The translations under genes were made by a program, and so were the position numbers. Positions 18,899 to 30,820 of a DNA stretch of 32,000 nucleotides are shown here, in pieces. Below the pieces are notes generated by a model, which was not told the origin of the DNA, searched no databases, and worked only from the letters and a program-made list of their open reading frames with translations. Position 1 is the first letter of the stretch; each line of letters opens with the position of its first letter. This DNA is from Acidothermus cellulolyticus 11B (GTDB lineage: Bacteria > Actinomycetota > Actinomycetes > Acidothermales > Acidothermaceae): positions 270,001 through 302,000 of the forward strand of contig NC_008578.1 in the NCBI RefSeq assembly GCF_000015025.1. Reading direction: 5' to 3'.

Positions 18899-20199
18899 GT
18901 TTCCGGCTGACCCCTGTCTTGACGGCGACCTGGGGCACGGATCGGTCGTGGACGATCGACGCGTACCACCAGGCCGGCGGATATCAGGCGTTGCGCAAGG
19001 CTCTCGCGATGAGTCCGGACGCCGTGCTCCAACTGGTCAAGGACTCCGGCCTGCGCGGCCGGGGCGGCGCCGGTTTCCCCACAGGAATGAAGTGGGGATT
19101 CATCCCGCAGGGCGACGGAAAGCCGCACTACCTCGTCGTGAACGCTGACGAAAGTGAACCGGGGACGTGCAAGGACATTCCGCTGCTCATGGCCACCCCG
19201 CACACCCTGATTGAAGGCGCGATTATCGCCTCGTATGCGATCCGGGCGCACCAGGCCTTCATCTACATCCGCGGCGAGGTCGTGCACGTCATCCGCCGGT
19301 TGCTGCGTGCGGTGGAGGAGGCTCGCGCGGCGGGTTACCTGGGACGGGATATTCTCGGCTCCGGCTTCGACCTCGACATTACGGTGCACATTGGTGCCGG
19401 AGCGTACATTTGCGGGGAAGAGACGGCTCTGCTGGAATCGCTCGAAGGGTATCGCGGCCAGCCGCGGCTCCGCCCGCCGTTTCCCGCCACCGCTGGGTTG
19501 TACGGCTGCCCGACCGTCATCAACAATGTCGAGACGATCGCGAGCGTCCCGGCGATCGTCCGCGGCGGTGTCGAGTGGTACCGCTCGATGGGGACGGAAA
19601 AATCCCCCGGATTCAAGATTTTCTCGCTCTCCGGTCACGTCGCCCGGCCCGGCCAGTACGAGGCGCCGCTCGGAATCACCCTGCGTGAATTGCTGGACGC
19701 CGCCGGCGGCATGCGGGAGGGTCACGAATTGAAATTCTGGACTCCCGGGGGTTCCTCGACCCCGCTCTTCACCGCGGAACACCTCGATGTCCCGCTTGAT
19801 TTTGAGGGACCGCCGCAGCACGGCTCGATGCTCGGCACCACCGCCCTGCAGATTTTCGACGAGACGACCTGCGTGGTCCGCGCCGTGAAGCGGTGGTGCG
19901 AGTTCTACGCGCACGAATCCTGCGGGAAATGCACGCCGTGCCGGGAAGGCACGTTCTGGTACGCGCAGATTTTCGACCGGCTGGAGAAAGGCCTCGGCAC
20001 CGCTGAAGACATTGAGACCTTGCTCGATTTGTCGGACAACATCCTTGGGCGGGCGTTCTGCGCCCTCGGCGACGGCGCAACCAGTCCGGTGACCTCGTCG
20101 ATTCAGTATTTCCGCGATGAGTACATCGCGCACTACGAGCAGGGCGGCTGCCCGTTTGACCCGGTGGCGTCGACAGTTTTCGCGGGAGCGGGTGTCTGA
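18895..20199 (+). CDS. nuoF: NADH-quinone oxidoreductase subunit F
   Basis: NADH/FMN motifs [10 protein letters not shown] and [12 protein letters not shown], and the N3 cluster motif [12 protein letters not shown]. Confidence 0.95.
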   Translation: MSFRLTPVLTATWGTDRSWTIDAYHQAGGYQALRKALAMSPDAVLQLVKDSGLRGRGGAGFPTGMKWGFIPQGDGKPHYLVVNADESEPGTCKDIPLLMATPHTLIEGAIIASYAIRAHQAFIYIRGEVVHVIRRLLRAVEEARAAGYLGRDILGSGFDLDITVHIGAGAYICGEETALLESLEGYRGQPRLRPPFPATAGLYGCPTVINNVETIASVPAIVRGGVEWYRSMGTEKSPGFKIFSLSGHVARPGQYEAPLGITLRELLDAAGGMREGHELKFWTPGGSSTPLFTAEHLDVPLDFEGPPQHGSMLGTTALQIFDETTCVVRAVKRWCEFYAHESCGKCTPCREGTFWYAQIFDRLEKGLGTAEDIETLLDLSDNILGRAFCALGDGATSPVTSSIQYFRDEYIAHYEQGGCPFDPVASTVFAGAGV

Positions 20200-22691
20200 T
20201 GACGGTGACGAACGAACGAACGACATCGACGCCGGCGGCGCCGGAGCTGGTGACGCTCACCATTGACGGCTTTGAGATTTCGGTGCCGAAGGGCACCCTG
20301 GTCATCCGAGCCGCGGAGATGCTCGGCATTCAGATTCCGCGGTTCTGCGAGCACCCCCTTCTTGACCCGGTCGGCGCCTGCCGGCAGTGTCTGGTCGAGG
20401 TGGAAGGACAGCGAAAGCCGCTCGCCTCCTGCACGACGACGGTGACCGAGGGCATGGTGGTGCGCACCCAGTACACTTCGCCGGTCGCCGAGAAGGCCCA
20501 GAACGGCATCATTGAGCTGCTGCTCATCAACCACCCGCTGGATTGCCCGGTCTGCGACAAGGGCGGCGAGTGCCCGTTGCAGAACCAGGCGATGACCAAC
20601 GGGTACGCCGAGTCCCGGTTCCATGACGTCAAACGCACCTATCCAAAACCGATCGCCATCTCCGCGCAGGTGCTGCTGGACCGCGAGCGGTGCGTCCTCT
20701 GCACGCGGTGCACCAGATTTGCGCAGCAAATCGCCGGCGATCCGTTCATCGAGATGTTCGAACGGTCGGCGCTCGAGCAAGTGGCGGTTTACGAGGATCA
20801 ACCGTTCCAGTCGTACTTCTCCGGGAACACCATCCAGATTTGCCCGGTCGGTGCACTGACCGGGACGCAGTACCGTTTCCGCGCCCGCCCGTTCGACCTC
20901 GTGTCCACCCCGAGCATCTGCGAACACTGTGCCTCCGGCTGCGCCCAGCGCAATGACCACCGCCGCGGCAAGATGCTCCGCCGGCTCGCCGGCTCGGACG
21001 CCGACGTCAACGAAGAGTGGAACTGCGACAAGGGACGTTGGGGATACACCTACGCGTTCCTGAGTGACCGGTTGGAAACGCCTTTGGTGCGCGGCAGCGA
21101 CGGGAATTTAGCCCCCGCATCGTGGCCGGAGGCGCTCCAGGCGGCCGCCCGAGGCTTGGCGGCGGCGCGGGGACGGACCGGCGTCCTCGTCGGCGGACGG
21201 GTCAGTACCGAAGATGCCTACGGGTACGGGAAATTTGCTCGCGTCGCGCTGGAGACCAACGACGTGGACTTCCGCGCCCGGCCGCACTCCGCCGAGGAAG
21301 CCGAGTTTCTCGCGGCGGTCATCGCCGGGCGGTACCTCGACGTCACCTATGCCGACCTGGAGAGGGCACCGGCCGTCCTCCTGGCCGGCTTTGAGGCCGA
21401 GGAGGAATCCCCCATCGTCTTCCTGCGGTTGCGGAAGGCCGCCCTGAAGCGGGGCACCCGCGTCTTCTCCATTGCTCCGCTGGCGACGCACGGGCTGGTG
21501 AAGATGTCCGGCCGGCTGCTCGGGTGCATCCCGGGCGGCGAAACGGGGTTGCTCACCGCTCTCCGGGACGGCGTCCCGCCGGCCCCGCCGTCCGGCGTCC
21601 CGCCGGCCGACTTCGCTGCGGATTTCGCCGCCGCAGCGGAGCTGCTCCGGCAGCCCGGGTCGGTCGTCATCGTCGGGGAACGGCTCGCCGCCGTCCCCGG
21701 TGCGCTCACCGCAGCCGCCGCCCTCGCCGACACGACCGGGGCACGCATTGCGTGGATTCCCCGCCGAGCCGGGGAGCGCGGCGCCCTGGAAGCGGGTGCG
21801 CTGCCCAACCTGCTGCCCAGCGGCCGGCGTCTCTCCGATCCGGATGAGGCGACTCCGGTCGCGCTCCGCTGGGCCTCGTCGCTGCCCACCCGCCCAGGCC
21901 GGGACACCGCCGGGATGCTGCGTGCGGCGCTCGACGGTGAACTCACCGCTTTTGTCGTCGGCGGCGTGGACCTCGACGACCTGCCGGATCCCGAGGCCGC
22001 CCATGCCGCCCTCCAGGCCGCTGCGTTCGTGGTGAGCCTCGAACAGCGGCGGAGTGCGGTGATGGAGTACGCCGACGTCGTCTTCCCGGTCGCCACGGCG
22101 ATGGAGAAATCAGGGACATTCCTCAACTGGGAGGGTCGTTCTCGTCCGTTTGAGGCGTCCTTCCCGGAGGTCGGGGCGCTCTCGGACTATCAGGTGCTCA
22201 ACGCCATCGCCGATGCGATGGACGTCCACCTCGGCCTGCCGGACCTGGCGACCGTGCGGGCGGAGCTTGCCGCACTGGCTGTCGACCGGACACCGGGTCG
22301 TGCGCAGGTCGGGTCGTCGTACGCCGCGGCGGAACCGGCCCGGCCTGGTCCGGGAGAGGCGATTCTCGCAACGTGGCACGAACTGCTGGACCGTGGCCGG
22401 CTGATGGACGGGAACCCGTACCTGGCCGCAACCGCGAAACCGGTGCGCGCGCAGCTTTCGCCTGCCACCGCGGCCCGGCTCGGTGTCCGATCCGGCCGCC
22501 CGATTACGGTATCCACGGCACGTGGTTCCATCACCGTGCCGGCGTACGTCACACCGATGGTCGACGATGTCGTGTGGCTGCCGACTCGATCAGCCGAGTA
22601 CCAGGTGTACCGGTCCCTTGGCGTGCCCGCCGGGGCCGTGGTCGCCGTCCGGCCGGCTGATGAGGGCGCGCAGCCGGGGGAGAGGGGCTGA
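20199..22691 (+). CDS. nuoG: NADH-quinone oxidoreductase subunit G
   Basis: 830 aa. Contains the N-terminal 2Fe-2S domain (CRQC), [24 protein letters not shown], and a molybdopterin-like C-terminal domain. Confidence 0.95.
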   Translation: MTVTNERTTSTPAAPELVTLTIDGFEISVPKGTLVIRAAEMLGIQIPRFCEHPLLDPVGACRQCLVEVEGQRKPLASCTTTVTEGMVVRTQYTSPVAEKAQNGIIELLLINHPLDCPVCDKGGECPLQNQAMTNGYAESRFHDVKRTYPKPIAISAQVLLDRERCVLCTRCTRFAQQIAGDPFIEMFERSALEQVAVYEDQPFQSYFSGNTIQICPVGALTGTQYRFRARPFDLVSTPSICEHCASGCAQRNDHRRGKMLRRLAGSDADVNEEWNCDKGRWGYTYAFLSDRLETPLVRGSDGNLAPASWPEALQAAARGLAAARGRTGVLVGGRVSTEDAYGYGKFARVALETNDVDFRARPHSAEEAEFLAAVIAGRYLDVTYADLERAPAVLLAGFEAEEESPIVFLRLRKAALKRGTRVFSIAPLATHGLVKMSGRLLGCIPGGETGLLTALRDGVPPAPPSGVPPADFAADFAAAAELLRQPGSVVIVGERLAAVPGALTAAAALADTTGARIAWIPRRAGERGALEAGALPNLLPSGRRLSDPDEATPVALRWASSLPTRPGRDTAGMLRAALDGELTAFVVGGVDLDDLPDPEAAHAALQAAAFVVSLEQRRSAVMEYADVVFPVATAMEKSGTFLNWEGRSRPFEASFPEVGALSDYQVLNAIADAMDVHLGLPDLATVRAELAALAVDRTPGRAQVGSSYAAAEPARPGPGEAILATWHELLDRGRLMDGNPYLAATAKPVRAQLSPATAARLGVRSGRPITVSTARGSITVPAYVTPMVDDVVWLPTRSAEYQVYRSLGVPAGAVVAVRPADEGAQPGERG

Positions 22692-22694
22692 CCG

Positions 22695-24050
22695 GTGACC
22701 GTGACGACGTTAGGACACCCGCTCGCCCCGGTGTTCGCGGCCGCCCCGTTATCCCCGCCGACGCATCGGGACATCTGGTGGTTAATCATCGTCAAGACGC
22801 TCGGTGTCTTCGCATTTCTCGTGCTGGCGACGCTTTTCATGATCTGGGCGGAGCGGCGGGTCGTCGCCCGGATGCAGCAGCGCATCGGCCCGAACCGGGT
22901 TGGGCCGTTCGGGCTCCTGCAGAGTCTGGCCGACGGCCTGAAGCTTGCCTTGAAAGAAGACATCGTGCCGACGCTGGCCGACAAGGCGGTGTTCATTCTT
23001 GCGCCGGTTATTTCGGCGACGCCGGCGTTTCTTGCCTTTGCCGTCATTCCATTCGGCCCCACCGTCTCCATCGCCGGGCATCACACGAATCTGCAGCTCA
23101 CCGACCTGCCGGTTGCCGTCCTGTTCGTCCTTGCGATGAGCTCACTTGGCGTGTACGGGATTGTGCTGGCCGGCTGGTCGTCCGGCTCACCGTACCCGCT
23201 GCTGGGCGGTGTACGGTCGGCCGCTCAGGTGGTGAGCTATGAAATTGCGATGGGGCTGTCGTTCGTCGGGGTTTTCTTGTACTCGGGTTCGCTGTCGACG
23301 TCCGACATCGTCGCCGCCCAGGCCCATCGGTGGGGGATTCTCTGGGCCGGGGTCTCCTTCGCCGTCTACGCCATCGCCATGGTCGGTGAGACGAACCGGG
23401 CGCCGTTCGACCTGCCGGAAGGCGAGACGGAAATTGTCGGCGGTTTCCACACCGAGTACACGTCGCTGAAATTCGCCCTCTTCTACTTGGCCGAGTACAT
23501 CAACATGGTCACCGTGTCGGCGTTGATGACCACGCTCTTCCTCGGCGGCTGGCGGGCGCCGTGGCCGCTGTCGCTCTGGTCGCAGGCAAACGTCGGCTGG
23601 TGGCCGGTGCTGTGGTTCCTCATCAAATTGGGCATCGTGCTCTTCGTCTTCATCTGGCTTCGGGGCACGCTGCCGCGGTTCCGTTACGACCAGTTCATGC
23701 AGTTCGGATGGAAGGTGCTCATTCCCGTCAACCTGACGTGGATTCTGGTCGAGGCGGCCATCCGGGTGGTGAACGTGAGCAATTGGCGGGTCTGGGTCAT
23801 CCCGTTCGCCATATTCCTCGCCCTCGTCGCCGTCGGCACGTACGTCGCCGATCTGGTGCGTCAACGCTCCGAAGTCGGTGACGGCGGCCCGATCCTCGGG
23901 CCGGCCCTGGTGCCGAACCCCGACAGCCCTTACCCGATTCCCCCGCTTCCCGGTCAACGTCCACTCGTCGGAGTGCTGGAGGCTCGAACGGACGATTTCC
24001 CTGTGGGATCGGCTGCGGAACCGCGGAACGGAGGTGACGGCGATGCCTAA
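22695..24050 (+). CDS. nuoH: NADH-quinone oxidoreductase subunit H
   Basis: ND1-type motifs ([25 protein letters not shown]; [13 protein letters not shown]). About 65 aa of Pro-rich hydrophilic C-terminal tail. Confidence 0.95.
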   Translation: MTVTTLGHPLAPVFAAAPLSPPTHRDIWWLIIVKTLGVFAFLVLATLFMIWAERRVVARMQQRIGPNRVGPFGLLQSLADGLKLALKEDIVPTLADKAVFILAPVISATPAFLAFAVIPFGPTVSIAGHHTNLQLTDLPVAVLFVLAMSSLGVYGIVLAGWSSGSPYPLLGGVRSAAQVVSYEIAMGLSFVGVFLYSGSLSTSDIVAAQAHRWGILWAGVSFAVYAIAMVGETNRAPFDLPEGETEIVGGFHTEYTSLKFALFYLAEYINMVTVSALMTTLFLGGWRAPWPLSLWSQANVGWWPVLWFLIKLGIVLFVFIWLRGTLPRFRYDQFMQFGWKVLIPVNLTWILVEAAIRVVNVSNWRVWVIPFAIFLALVAVGTYVADLVRQRSEVGDGGPILGPALVPNPDSPYPIPPLPGQRPLVGVLEARTDDFPVGSAAEPRNGGDGDA

Positions 24051-24642
24051 CATACTTCCCGGGCCGCTCCGCGGCTTTGGCGTCACATTCGGCACGATGT
24101 TCCGCCGGGTGACCACTGAGCAGTATCCGGACGAGAAGAAGCCGACGATGCCGCGCTACCACGGGCGGCACGTGCTCAACCGGCACCCGGACGGTTTAGA
24201 GAAATGCATCGGGTGTGAGCTCTGCGCCTGGGCGTGTCCCGCGGACGCCATTTACGTGGAGGGCGCCGACAACACCGAAGAGGAGCGCTACTCTCCGGGC
24301 GAGCGGTACGGCCGGGTGTATCAGATCAACTATTTGCGGTGCATTTTCTGCGGGTACTGCATCGAGGCATGTCCGACGCGGGCGCTCACGATGAGCAACG
24401 AGTACGAACTCGCCGACGACAACCGCGCGGACCTCATCTACACGAAGGAGCAGCTGCTGGCTCCGCTGGCGCCGGGGATGGAACCGCCACCGCACCCGAT
24501 GCGGCTCGGGGACACCAAGGACTATTACCGGGGCACGCCGGCGGCTCACATGCTGAGCGGTGAGGACGACGCTGCGTCGGAGACGACGCTGGACCGGAGC
24601 GACGACCACTCCGCGACGTACGAGGAAGCGGAACGCCCATGA
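24043..24642 (+). CDS. nuoI: NADH-quinone oxidoreductase subunit I
   Basis: Two 4Fe-4S ferredoxin motifs ([12 protein letters not shown]; [12 protein letters not shown]). ATG 24043 overlaps the nuoH end by 8 nt. The track ORF start at 23878 is an in-frame artefact. Confidence 0.93.
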   Translation: MPNILPGPLRGFGVTFGTMFRRVTTEQYPDEKKPTMPRYHGRHVLNRHPDGLEKCIGCELCAWACPADAIYVEGADNTEEERYSPGERYGRVYQINYLRCIFCGYCIEACPTRALTMSNEYELADDNRADLIYTKEQLLAPLAPGMEPPPHPMRLGDTKDYYRGTPAAHMLSGEDDAASETTLDRSDDHSATYEEAERP

Positions 24643-25466
24643 ACGCGACGACTCTCGCGGCGATGCACACCTCGGGCACCGAGGCGGCGCTCTTCTGGGT
24701 ACTCGGCCCGATTGCCGTACTCGCCGCCCTTGGTGTGGTCTTCGCCCGCCACACGGTGCACGCCGCCCTGCTGCTCGGCGGCGTCATGCTGATTTTCGCG
24801 ATTTTCTACGCCGCGCAGGACGCCCCACTCATCGCGTTCGTCCAAATCATCGTGTACACCGGCGCCGTGATGATGCTCTTTCTCTTCGTTCTCATGCTCA
24901 TCGGCGTCGACACCAAGGAACGGCTCGTCGAAACACTCCGCGGGCAGCGGCTGGCGACCGTCTTCGCCGGGATCGGTTTTCTCCTGCTTCTGCTCGCCGG
25001 ACTCGGCAATGCGGCGATTGGAACCAGTGCGGGCCTGCACCAGGCGAATTATCCGACCAACGCCGTCGGCCAGGTGCAGACCGGAGGGAACATCTACCAG
25101 GTGGCGAAACTGCTGTTCACCCGGTACGTCTTCGCGTTCGAAGTCACCAGCGCCCTGCTGATTACCGCGGCATTGGGGGCCATGGTCCTTGCCCATCGCC
25201 AGCGGGTCGGCCGGCGCCGCACCCAGTACGAGATGATGCGGGACCGCTTCCGGCGCGGTGCGCATCCGACTCCGCTGCCGGGTCCGGGCGTGTACGCCCG
25301 GCACAACGCCGTTGACACGCCCGCGCTGCTCCCCGACGGATCGTTCGCCGAACTCAGCGTGCCGAGCCGGATCCGTGAGATCAGTGAGGAGCAGGGACGC
25401 CGGCCGGTCCCGTCATCCCTTGGCGCCGGTCCGGCATCGGCGTCCGGTGAGGAGGAACCGCGATGA
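24639..25466 (+). CDS. nuoJ: NADH-quinone oxidoreductase subunit J
   Basis: ND6-like hydrophobic core ([20 protein letters not shown]). ATGA overlap with nuoI. About 90 aa of hydrophilic C-terminal tail. Confidence 0.93.
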   Translation: MNATTLAAMHTSGTEAALFWVLGPIAVLAALGVVFARHTVHAALLLGGVMLIFAIFYAAQDAPLIAFVQIIVYTGAVMMLFLFVLMLIGVDTKERLVETLRGQRLATVFAGIGFLLLLLAGLGNAAIGTSAGLHQANYPTNAVGQVQTGGNIYQVAKLLFTRYVFAFEVTSALLITAALGAMVLAHRQRVGRRRTQYEMMRDRFRRGAHPTPLPGPGVYARHNAVDTPALLPDGSFAELSVPSRIREISEEQGRRPVPSSLGAGPASASGEEEPR

Positions 25467-25762
25467 GCCCCATGTACTACCTGTACCTGTCGGCCGTGCT
25501 CTTCACCCTGGGCGCCGTCGGCGTGCTGCTCCGCCGCAACGCCATCATCGTGTTCATGTGCGTGGAGTTGATGCTCAACGCGGCGAATCTCGCGTTGGTG
25601 ACGTTCTCCCGGATCAACGGCAATTTGGACGGGCAGGTGATGGCCTTCTTCGTCATGGTGGTCGCCGCCGCCGAAGTGGTGGTCGGCCTCGCCATCATCG
25701 TCGCTATCTTCCGGACGAGACGGTCCGCGTCGGTCGACGACGCGAATCTGCTGAAGTACTGA
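25463..25762 (+). CDS. nuoK: NADH-quinone oxidoreductase subunit K
   Basis: 99 aa with 3 TM helices and the ND4L-type [11 protein letters not shown] and [11 protein letters not shown] motifs. ATGA overlap with nuoJ. Confidence 0.95.
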   Translation: MSPMYYLYLSAVLFTLGAVGVLLRRNAIIVFMCVELMLNAANLALVTFSRINGNLDGQVMAFFVMVVAAAEVVVGLAIIVAIFRTRRSASVDDANLLKY

Positions 25763-25792
25763 GGTTTCCGGCGACCGAGAGAGGTAGGTTCC

Positions 25793-27697
25793 GTGCTCAC
25801 CCCGCATTCGGCGAGCGGCATCTTCAGCCTGACATGGCTCCTCGTCGCCATTCCGCTGGTCAGCGCGGCTGTGCTCATCATCGGCGGACGCCGGACCGAC
25901 GGTTGGGGGCATCTCCTCGGCGTGGCCGCCCCGCTGGCCGCGTTCGTCCTTGGCGTCATTGAGTTTGCGGCATTCCTCGGAAAGTCTGCCGCCGAGCGGA
26001 GTCTGGACAACCACGTCTTCGGCTGGACCATCGTCAACGGGTTCCACGCCGACATCGGCCTGCAGGTCGATGCGCTCTCCATCTCCTTCGTTCTGCTCAT
26101 CACCGGCGTCGGGTCACTCATTCACATTTATTCGATCGGATACATGGCGCACGACCCCAAGCGCCGGTTGTTCTTCGGCTATCTCAATCTTTTCGTCGCC
26201 GCCATGCTGCTCTTGGTCTTGGGCGACAATTACCTCGCGCTGTACATCGGCTGGGAGGGTGTCGGTCTCGCCTCCTACCTGCTCATCGGCTTCTGGTCCT
26301 ACAAGCCGTCGGCAGCGACCGCGGCGAAGAAGGCGTTCATCGTCAACCGGGTCGGTGACTTCGGTCTATCCGTCGCCATCATGCTGATGTTCGCCACCTT
26401 CGGAACGTTCACCTTCTCCGGGGTCTTTGGCGCGGTGCACGGCGCGGACAGCGCGACGCTGAACGCCATTGGACTCCTCCTCCTGCTGGGTGCGTGCGGA
26501 AAATCCGCGCAGGTGCCGTTGCAGGCGTGGTTGCTCGACGCGATGGAGGGCCCGACTCCGGTGTCGGCGCTCATCCACGCCGCGACGATGGTCACCGCCG
26601 GGGTGTACCTCGTCGCCCGCTCGAATCCGATTTTCAACGCCGCACCGAGCGCACAACTCGCCGTCGCCGTTGTCGGTGCCGTCACCCTGCTCTTCGGCGC
26701 CATCATCGGGTGCGCCAAGGACGACATCAAGAAGGCGCTGGCGGCCTCCACGATGAGTCAGATCGGGTACATGACCCTTGCCGTCGGGCTCGGACCGGCC
26801 GGATATGTCTTCGGCATCGCCCACCTGTTGACGCACGGTTTCTTCAAGGCGGGGCTCTTCCTCGGCGCCGGTTCGGTGATGCACGCCACCAACGACGAAG
26901 TGGACATGCGCCGGTTCGGCGGGCTGGCCCGGCCCATGCCGGTGACGTTCGCCACCTTCGGGCTGGCGTATCTGGCCATCATCGGATTCCCCGGGTTCTC
27001 CGGCTGGTTCACCAAGGACGCCATCATTGACGCCGCGTATCACAAGGGCGGCACGTCCGGGTTCCTGCTTGGCAGCGCTGCGCTCGTCGGGGCGGGGATC
27101 ACCGCCTTTTACATGAGCCGGGTGGTTTTCATGACCTTTACCGGGCGTCCCCGGTGGAGCGACGACGTCCACCCGCATGAGGCGCCGAAAGTCATGACCT
27201 GGCCGATGATTGTGCTCGCCCTCGGCTCTGTCGGGGCCGGCTACGTGCTCATGCTCGGCAACCGGTTCGCGGACTTTCTCGCACCAGTCGTCGGCAGGCC
27301 CGAGGAATCGTCGGTGAATCCGGGCAGCACGCCGGGGCTGGTGACCCTTGCCGCGATGGTGGTCGGTGTGGCGATCGCCGCCCTGCTGTACCTGCGCCGG
27401 CCGGTGCCGGCGGTTGCGCCGGCCGGTTCGCCGGTGACGGTCGCCGCCCGCCGCGACCTGTACGGCGATGCGTTCAACGAATCGGTCTTCATGCGGCCGG
27501 GGCAGTACCTGACGCGGCTGCTCGTCTTCTTCGACAACAAGGGAATCGACGGTTTCGTCAACGGACTCGCCGCCTTTCTCGGCGGAACTTCTGGACGTCT
27601 CCGGTACATCCAGACCGGGTTCGTCCGCTCGTATGCCTTGTCGATGCTGGGCGGTGCCGCGATTCTCGTCGCCGCCTTGCTGATGGTGAGAGGCTGA
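25793..27697 (+). CDS. nuoL: NADH-quinone oxidoreductase subunit L
   Basis: 634-aa antiporter-like subunit ([15 protein letters not shown]; [37 protein letters not shown]). A GAGAGG SD lies before GTG 25793. Confidence 0.95.
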   Translation: MLTPHSASGIFSLTWLLVAIPLVSAAVLIIGGRRTDGWGHLLGVAAPLAAFVLGVIEFAAFLGKSAAERSLDNHVFGWTIVNGFHADIGLQVDALSISFVLLITGVGSLIHIYSIGYMAHDPKRRLFFGYLNLFVAAMLLLVLGDNYLALYIGWEGVGLASYLLIGFWSYKPSAATAAKKAFIVNRVGDFGLSVAIMLMFATFGTFTFSGVFGAVHGADSATLNAIGLLLLLGACGKSAQVPLQAWLLDAMEGPTPVSALIHAATMVTAGVYLVARSNPIFNAAPSAQLAVAVVGAVTLLFGAIIGCAKDDIKKALAASTMSQIGYMTLAVGLGPAGYVFGIAHLLTHGFFKAGLFLGAGSVMHATNDEVDMRRFGGLARPMPVTFATFGLAYLAIIGFPGFSGWFTKDAIIDAAYHKGGTSGFLLGSAALVGAGITAFYMSRVVFMTFTGRPRWSDDVHPHEAPKVMTWPMIVLALGSVGAGYVLMLGNRFADFLAPVVGRPEESSVNPGSTPGLVTLAAMVVGVAIAALLYLRRPVPAVAPAGSPVTVAARRDLYGDAFNESVFMRPGQYLTRLLVFFDNKGIDGFVNGLAAFLGGTSGRLRYIQTGFVRSYALSMLGGAAILVAALLMVRG

Positions 27698-27702
27698 TCG
27701 CG

Positions 27703-29226
27703 ATGCCCTGGTTGACGGTCATCGGCGCTGTTCCGCTCGTCGGGACGGCGGTCATCGCCGCGCTGCCGAAGGAACGGCCGGAGCTTGCCAAGCGGACGGC
27801 GCTCGCCACCACGCTCGTCGTCCTCGCGCTGACCTGCGTGGTCGCGGCGCGCTTCAACGTGAACGGTCCGCGGTTCCAGTTCACCGAGGATGTCAAGTGG
27901 ATTCCGGCGTTCGGCATTCATTACGCCCTGGGTGTTGACGGGATCGCCGTCGTGCTCCTCCTCCTCACCGCCGTCCTGTGGCCGATTGTGATTCTCGCGT
28001 CTTGGCAGGAATGCGAGGAGAGCCGGCGGAGCGTCAAGACGTATCTCGGTCTCTTCGTGTCCATGGAGACCGTCCTGATCGGCGTTTTCGCGGCGACGGA
28101 CCTTTTCCTCTTCTACGCGCTCTTCGAAGTCATGCTGATCCCGATGTACTTCATCATCAGCAGCCGCGGGACCGCGCGTTCGTCGTACGCCGCGATGAAA
28201 TTCCTGCTGTACAGCCTGGCCGGCGGTCTGCTCATGCTCGCCGCGGTGATTGCGCTGTACGTGCTGGGTCCGCACAGTTTCCGGTACGCCGACCTGACCG
28301 GACTCCACCTGCCGACAACCGACGAGCGCTGGCTTTTCCTCGGCTTCTTTGCGGCCTTCGCGGTGAAGGCGCCGCTCTGGCCGCTGCACACCTGGCTGCC
28401 GGACGCGGTAACCGAGGGGCCGGTGGGCGGCAGTGTCCTCCTGGTCGGCGTCCTCGACAAGGTCGGCACGTTCGGTTTTCTCCGCTACTGCTTGGGTCTC
28501 TTCCCGCAGGCCTCACACTGGTTCGCGCCGGTCGTCATCGTTCTCGCCGTGATCGCCGTGCTGTACGGCGCCCTGCAGGCGATCGGCCAGCGTGACCTGC
28601 TCCGGTTGATGGCCTACGTCTCGGTCTCACACTTCGGCCTCATCAGCCTCGGCATTTTCGCCTTCACCAGCCAGGGCCAGAGTGGCGCGACGCTGTACAT
28701 GGTGAACCACGGCTTCTCCACCGGCGCGCTGCTGCTCATCGTCGGATTCCTCATCGCCCGGCACCGCACGCGGGGTATTCACGATTTCGGCGGTATCCAG
28801 CAGGTGGCGCCGATTCTCGCCGGCACCTTCCTCCTCGCTTGCCTCTCCGGACTCGCGTTGCCGGGGCTCAATACCTTCGTGAGCGAATTCCTGGTGCTGG
28901 TCGGCACGTTCACGCGGTACAAGGTGGCGGGCGGCCTGGCGACGGTCGGCATCATCCTCGCCTCGATTTACATGCTGGTGATGTACCAGCGGACGATGAC
29001 CGGGCCGGTCTCCCCGCGGGCACGGGAATCCCGGGATTTGTCGCTGCGTGAGCGGTTCGTCATCGCGCCGCTGGTCGCAGTGATCGTCGCGTTGGGTTTC
29101 TACCCCGGTCCGATTCTGGACATCATCAAGCCGGCGGTGGCCGCTACCTTGCAGCAGACCCATGACACCGATCCACAGCCGGTGGTACAGCCGGCGGCGA
29201 TTGCCATTCGCGGAGGGTCCTCGTGA
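27703..29226 (+). CDS. nuoM: NADH-quinone oxidoreductase subunit M
   Basis: 507-aa ND4-type antiporter-like subunit (FEVMLIPMYFII; AVKAPLWPLHTWLPDA). Confidence 0.95.
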   Translation: MPWLTVIGAVPLVGTAVIAALPKERPELAKRTALATTLVVLALTCVVAARFNVNGPRFQFTEDVKWIPAFGIHYALGVDGIAVVLLLLTAVLWPIVILASWQECEESRRSVKTYLGLFVSMETVLIGVFAATDLFLFYALFEVMLIPMYFIISSRGTARSSYAAMKFLLYSLAGGLLMLAAVIALYVLGPHSFRYADLTGLHLPTTDERWLFLGFFAAFAVKAPLWPLHTWLPDAVTEGPVGGSVLLVGVLDKVGTFGFLRYCLGLFPQASHWFAPVVIVLAVIAVLYGALQAIGQRDLLRLMAYVSVSHFGLISLGIFAFTSQGQSGATLYMVNHGFSTGALLLIVGFLIARHRTRGIHDFGGIQQVAPILAGTFLLACLSGLALPGLNTFVSEFLVLVGTFTRYKVAGGLATVGIILASIYMLVMYQRTMTGPVSPRARESRDLSLRERFVIAPLVAVIVALGFYPGPILDIIKPAVAATLQQTHDTDPQPVVQPAAIAIRGGSS

Positions 29227-30785
29227 TGAGCTTTTACGCTGCGGCGAATCCGAACGCCATCCCGGCGCCGCACATCGAGTACCGGGCGTTGCTGCCGATG
29301 CTCATCGTGTTCGGCGTGGCGTGCGCCGGCGTGCTCGTCGAGGCGTTCGTGCCTCGGGCGCAGCGCGCTCTCACCCAGACGGTGCTTGCCCTCGGTGGGC
29401 TCGTGGCCGCACTGATTGCAGTGGTGTCGAACACCGGGCTGCCGCGCAAGCTCGTCGCGCAGAGTGCGATCGCCGCCGATGGTCCGACGCTTTTCATTCA
29501 GGGCACGATTCTGGCGCTCTCGATCGGCGCGCTCCTGCTCATCGCCGATCGCAGCATCGGGGCGGACAGCGATTTCGTCGCGCAGGCCGCCGATTTGCCC
29601 GGCTCCGAGCAGGAGCGGGCGAGCGTGCAGGCCGGGCTTCGACAGACCGAAGTCTTTCCGCTGGCCATGTTCGCGGTCGGCGGGATGATGCTCTTCCCCG
29701 CCGCCAACGACCTCATCACCGCATTCGTCGCCCTGGAAGTCCTCTCGCTGCCGCTGTATCTTCTCGCCGGCATGGCCCGCCGACGCCGCCTGCTCTCGCA
29801 GGAAGCGGCGGTCAAATACTTCCTGCTGGGCGCGTTCTCCTCCGCGTTCTTCGTATACGGATTAGCTTTGGTCTACGGGTACGCGAAATCCGTTGAATAC
29901 GGCGACATCGCCACGGCGCTGACGGCGTCGGACCGCGGCGATTCCCTCATCATCGTCGGGCTTGCGCTCATCGGCATTTCGCTGCTCTTCAAGCTTTCCG
30001 GGGTTCCGTTCCATTGGTGGACGCCGGACGTCTACCAAGGCGCTCCCACACCGATCACTGCGTTCATGGCCGCCGGGACGAAGGTCGCGGCGTTCGGCGC
30101 GTTGCTCCGGGTGTTCTTTGTCGCGTTCGGCGGCCTGGCATGGGACTGGCGCCCGGTGATCTGGGGCGTGGCGATCGCGACGATGGTGGTCGGCGCGATC
30201 CTCGGTATCACCCAGACCGACGTCAAGCGGCTGCTCGCGTACTCCTCCATCGCGCACGCGGGATTCGTGCTCACGGCGTTCGCCGCCACGACCCGGGCCA
30301 GCGAATCGAGCGTCCTCTTCTACCTGGTGGCGTACGGCTTCATGACGATCGGCGCCTTTGCCATTGTGATCTTGGTGCGAGATGGTGATGGTGAGGCGAA
30401 TCACCTCTCCCGTTGGGTCGGCCTCGGCCGGCGTTCCCCGCTGGTGGCCGGCATTTTCGCCCTGTTCCTCCTCGCCATGGCCGGGCTGCCCCCGACCAGC
30501 GGTCTGTGGGCGAAGGTGGCGGTCTTCACGGCTGCCTACCAGGGAGGCGCCGGACCGCTGGTGATCGTTGGTGTGCTCGCCAGCGCCGTCACCGCCTACT
30601 ACTACCTGCGAATCATCGTCTTGATGTTCGCGCAGGAGCCTGCGGTCGAGGGGCCGACCGTCGCGGTGCCCGGCGCGTTGGCCTCGGCGGCGATCGCTCT
30701 CGGCGTCATCGTTACCGTGGTGCTGGGAATCGTGCCGCAGCCGGTACTGGATCTCGCGGACAAGGCGGTGCCGTTCCTGCGCTGA
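29223..30785 (+). CDS. nuoN: NADH-quinone oxidoreductase subunit N
   Basis: 520-aa ND2-type subunit (FKLSGVPFHWWTPDVYQGAPTPITAFMA). GTGA overlap with nuoM; ATG 29226 is an alternative start. Confidence 0.95.
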   Translation: MMSFYAAANPNAIPAPHIEYRALLPMLIVFGVACAGVLVEAFVPRAQRALTQTVLALGGLVAALIAVVSNTGLPRKLVAQSAIAADGPTLFIQGTILALSIGALLLIADRSIGADSDFVAQAADLPGSEQERASVQAGLRQTEVFPLAMFAVGGMMLFPAANDLITAFVALEVLSLPLYLLAGMARRRRLLSQEAAVKYFLLGAFSSAFFVYGLALVYGYAKSVEYGDIATALTASDRGDSLIIVGLALIGISLLFKLSGVPFHWWTPDVYQGAPTPITAFMAAGTKVAAFGALLRVFFVAFGGLAWDWRPVIWGVAIATMVVGAILGITQTDVKRLLAYSSIAHAGFVLTAFAATTRASESSVLFYLVAYGFMTIGAFAIVILVRDGDGEANHLSRWVGLGRRSPLVAGIFALFLLAMAGLPPTSGLWAKVAVFTAAYQGGAGPLVIVGVLASAVTAYYYLRIIVLMFAQEPAVEGPTVAVPGALASAAIALGVIVTVVLGIVPQPVLDLADKAVPFLR

Positions 30786-30820
30786 TCCGTGCCGATGACG
30801 CCTGGGAGACGCCGATCCGC

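Noticed and set aside
23878-24042. An upstream extension of the nuoI ORF that overlaps the nuoH tail.
   Set aside because: NuoI homology starts at [12 protein letters not shown] (ATG 24043). The extension has no NuoI counterpart.
30413-30820. An upstream extension of the polyprenyl synthase ORF, giving the 485-aa version.
   Set aside because: It overlaps the 3' end of nuoN in another frame with Arg/Gly-rich composition. The synthase homology begins after 30821.
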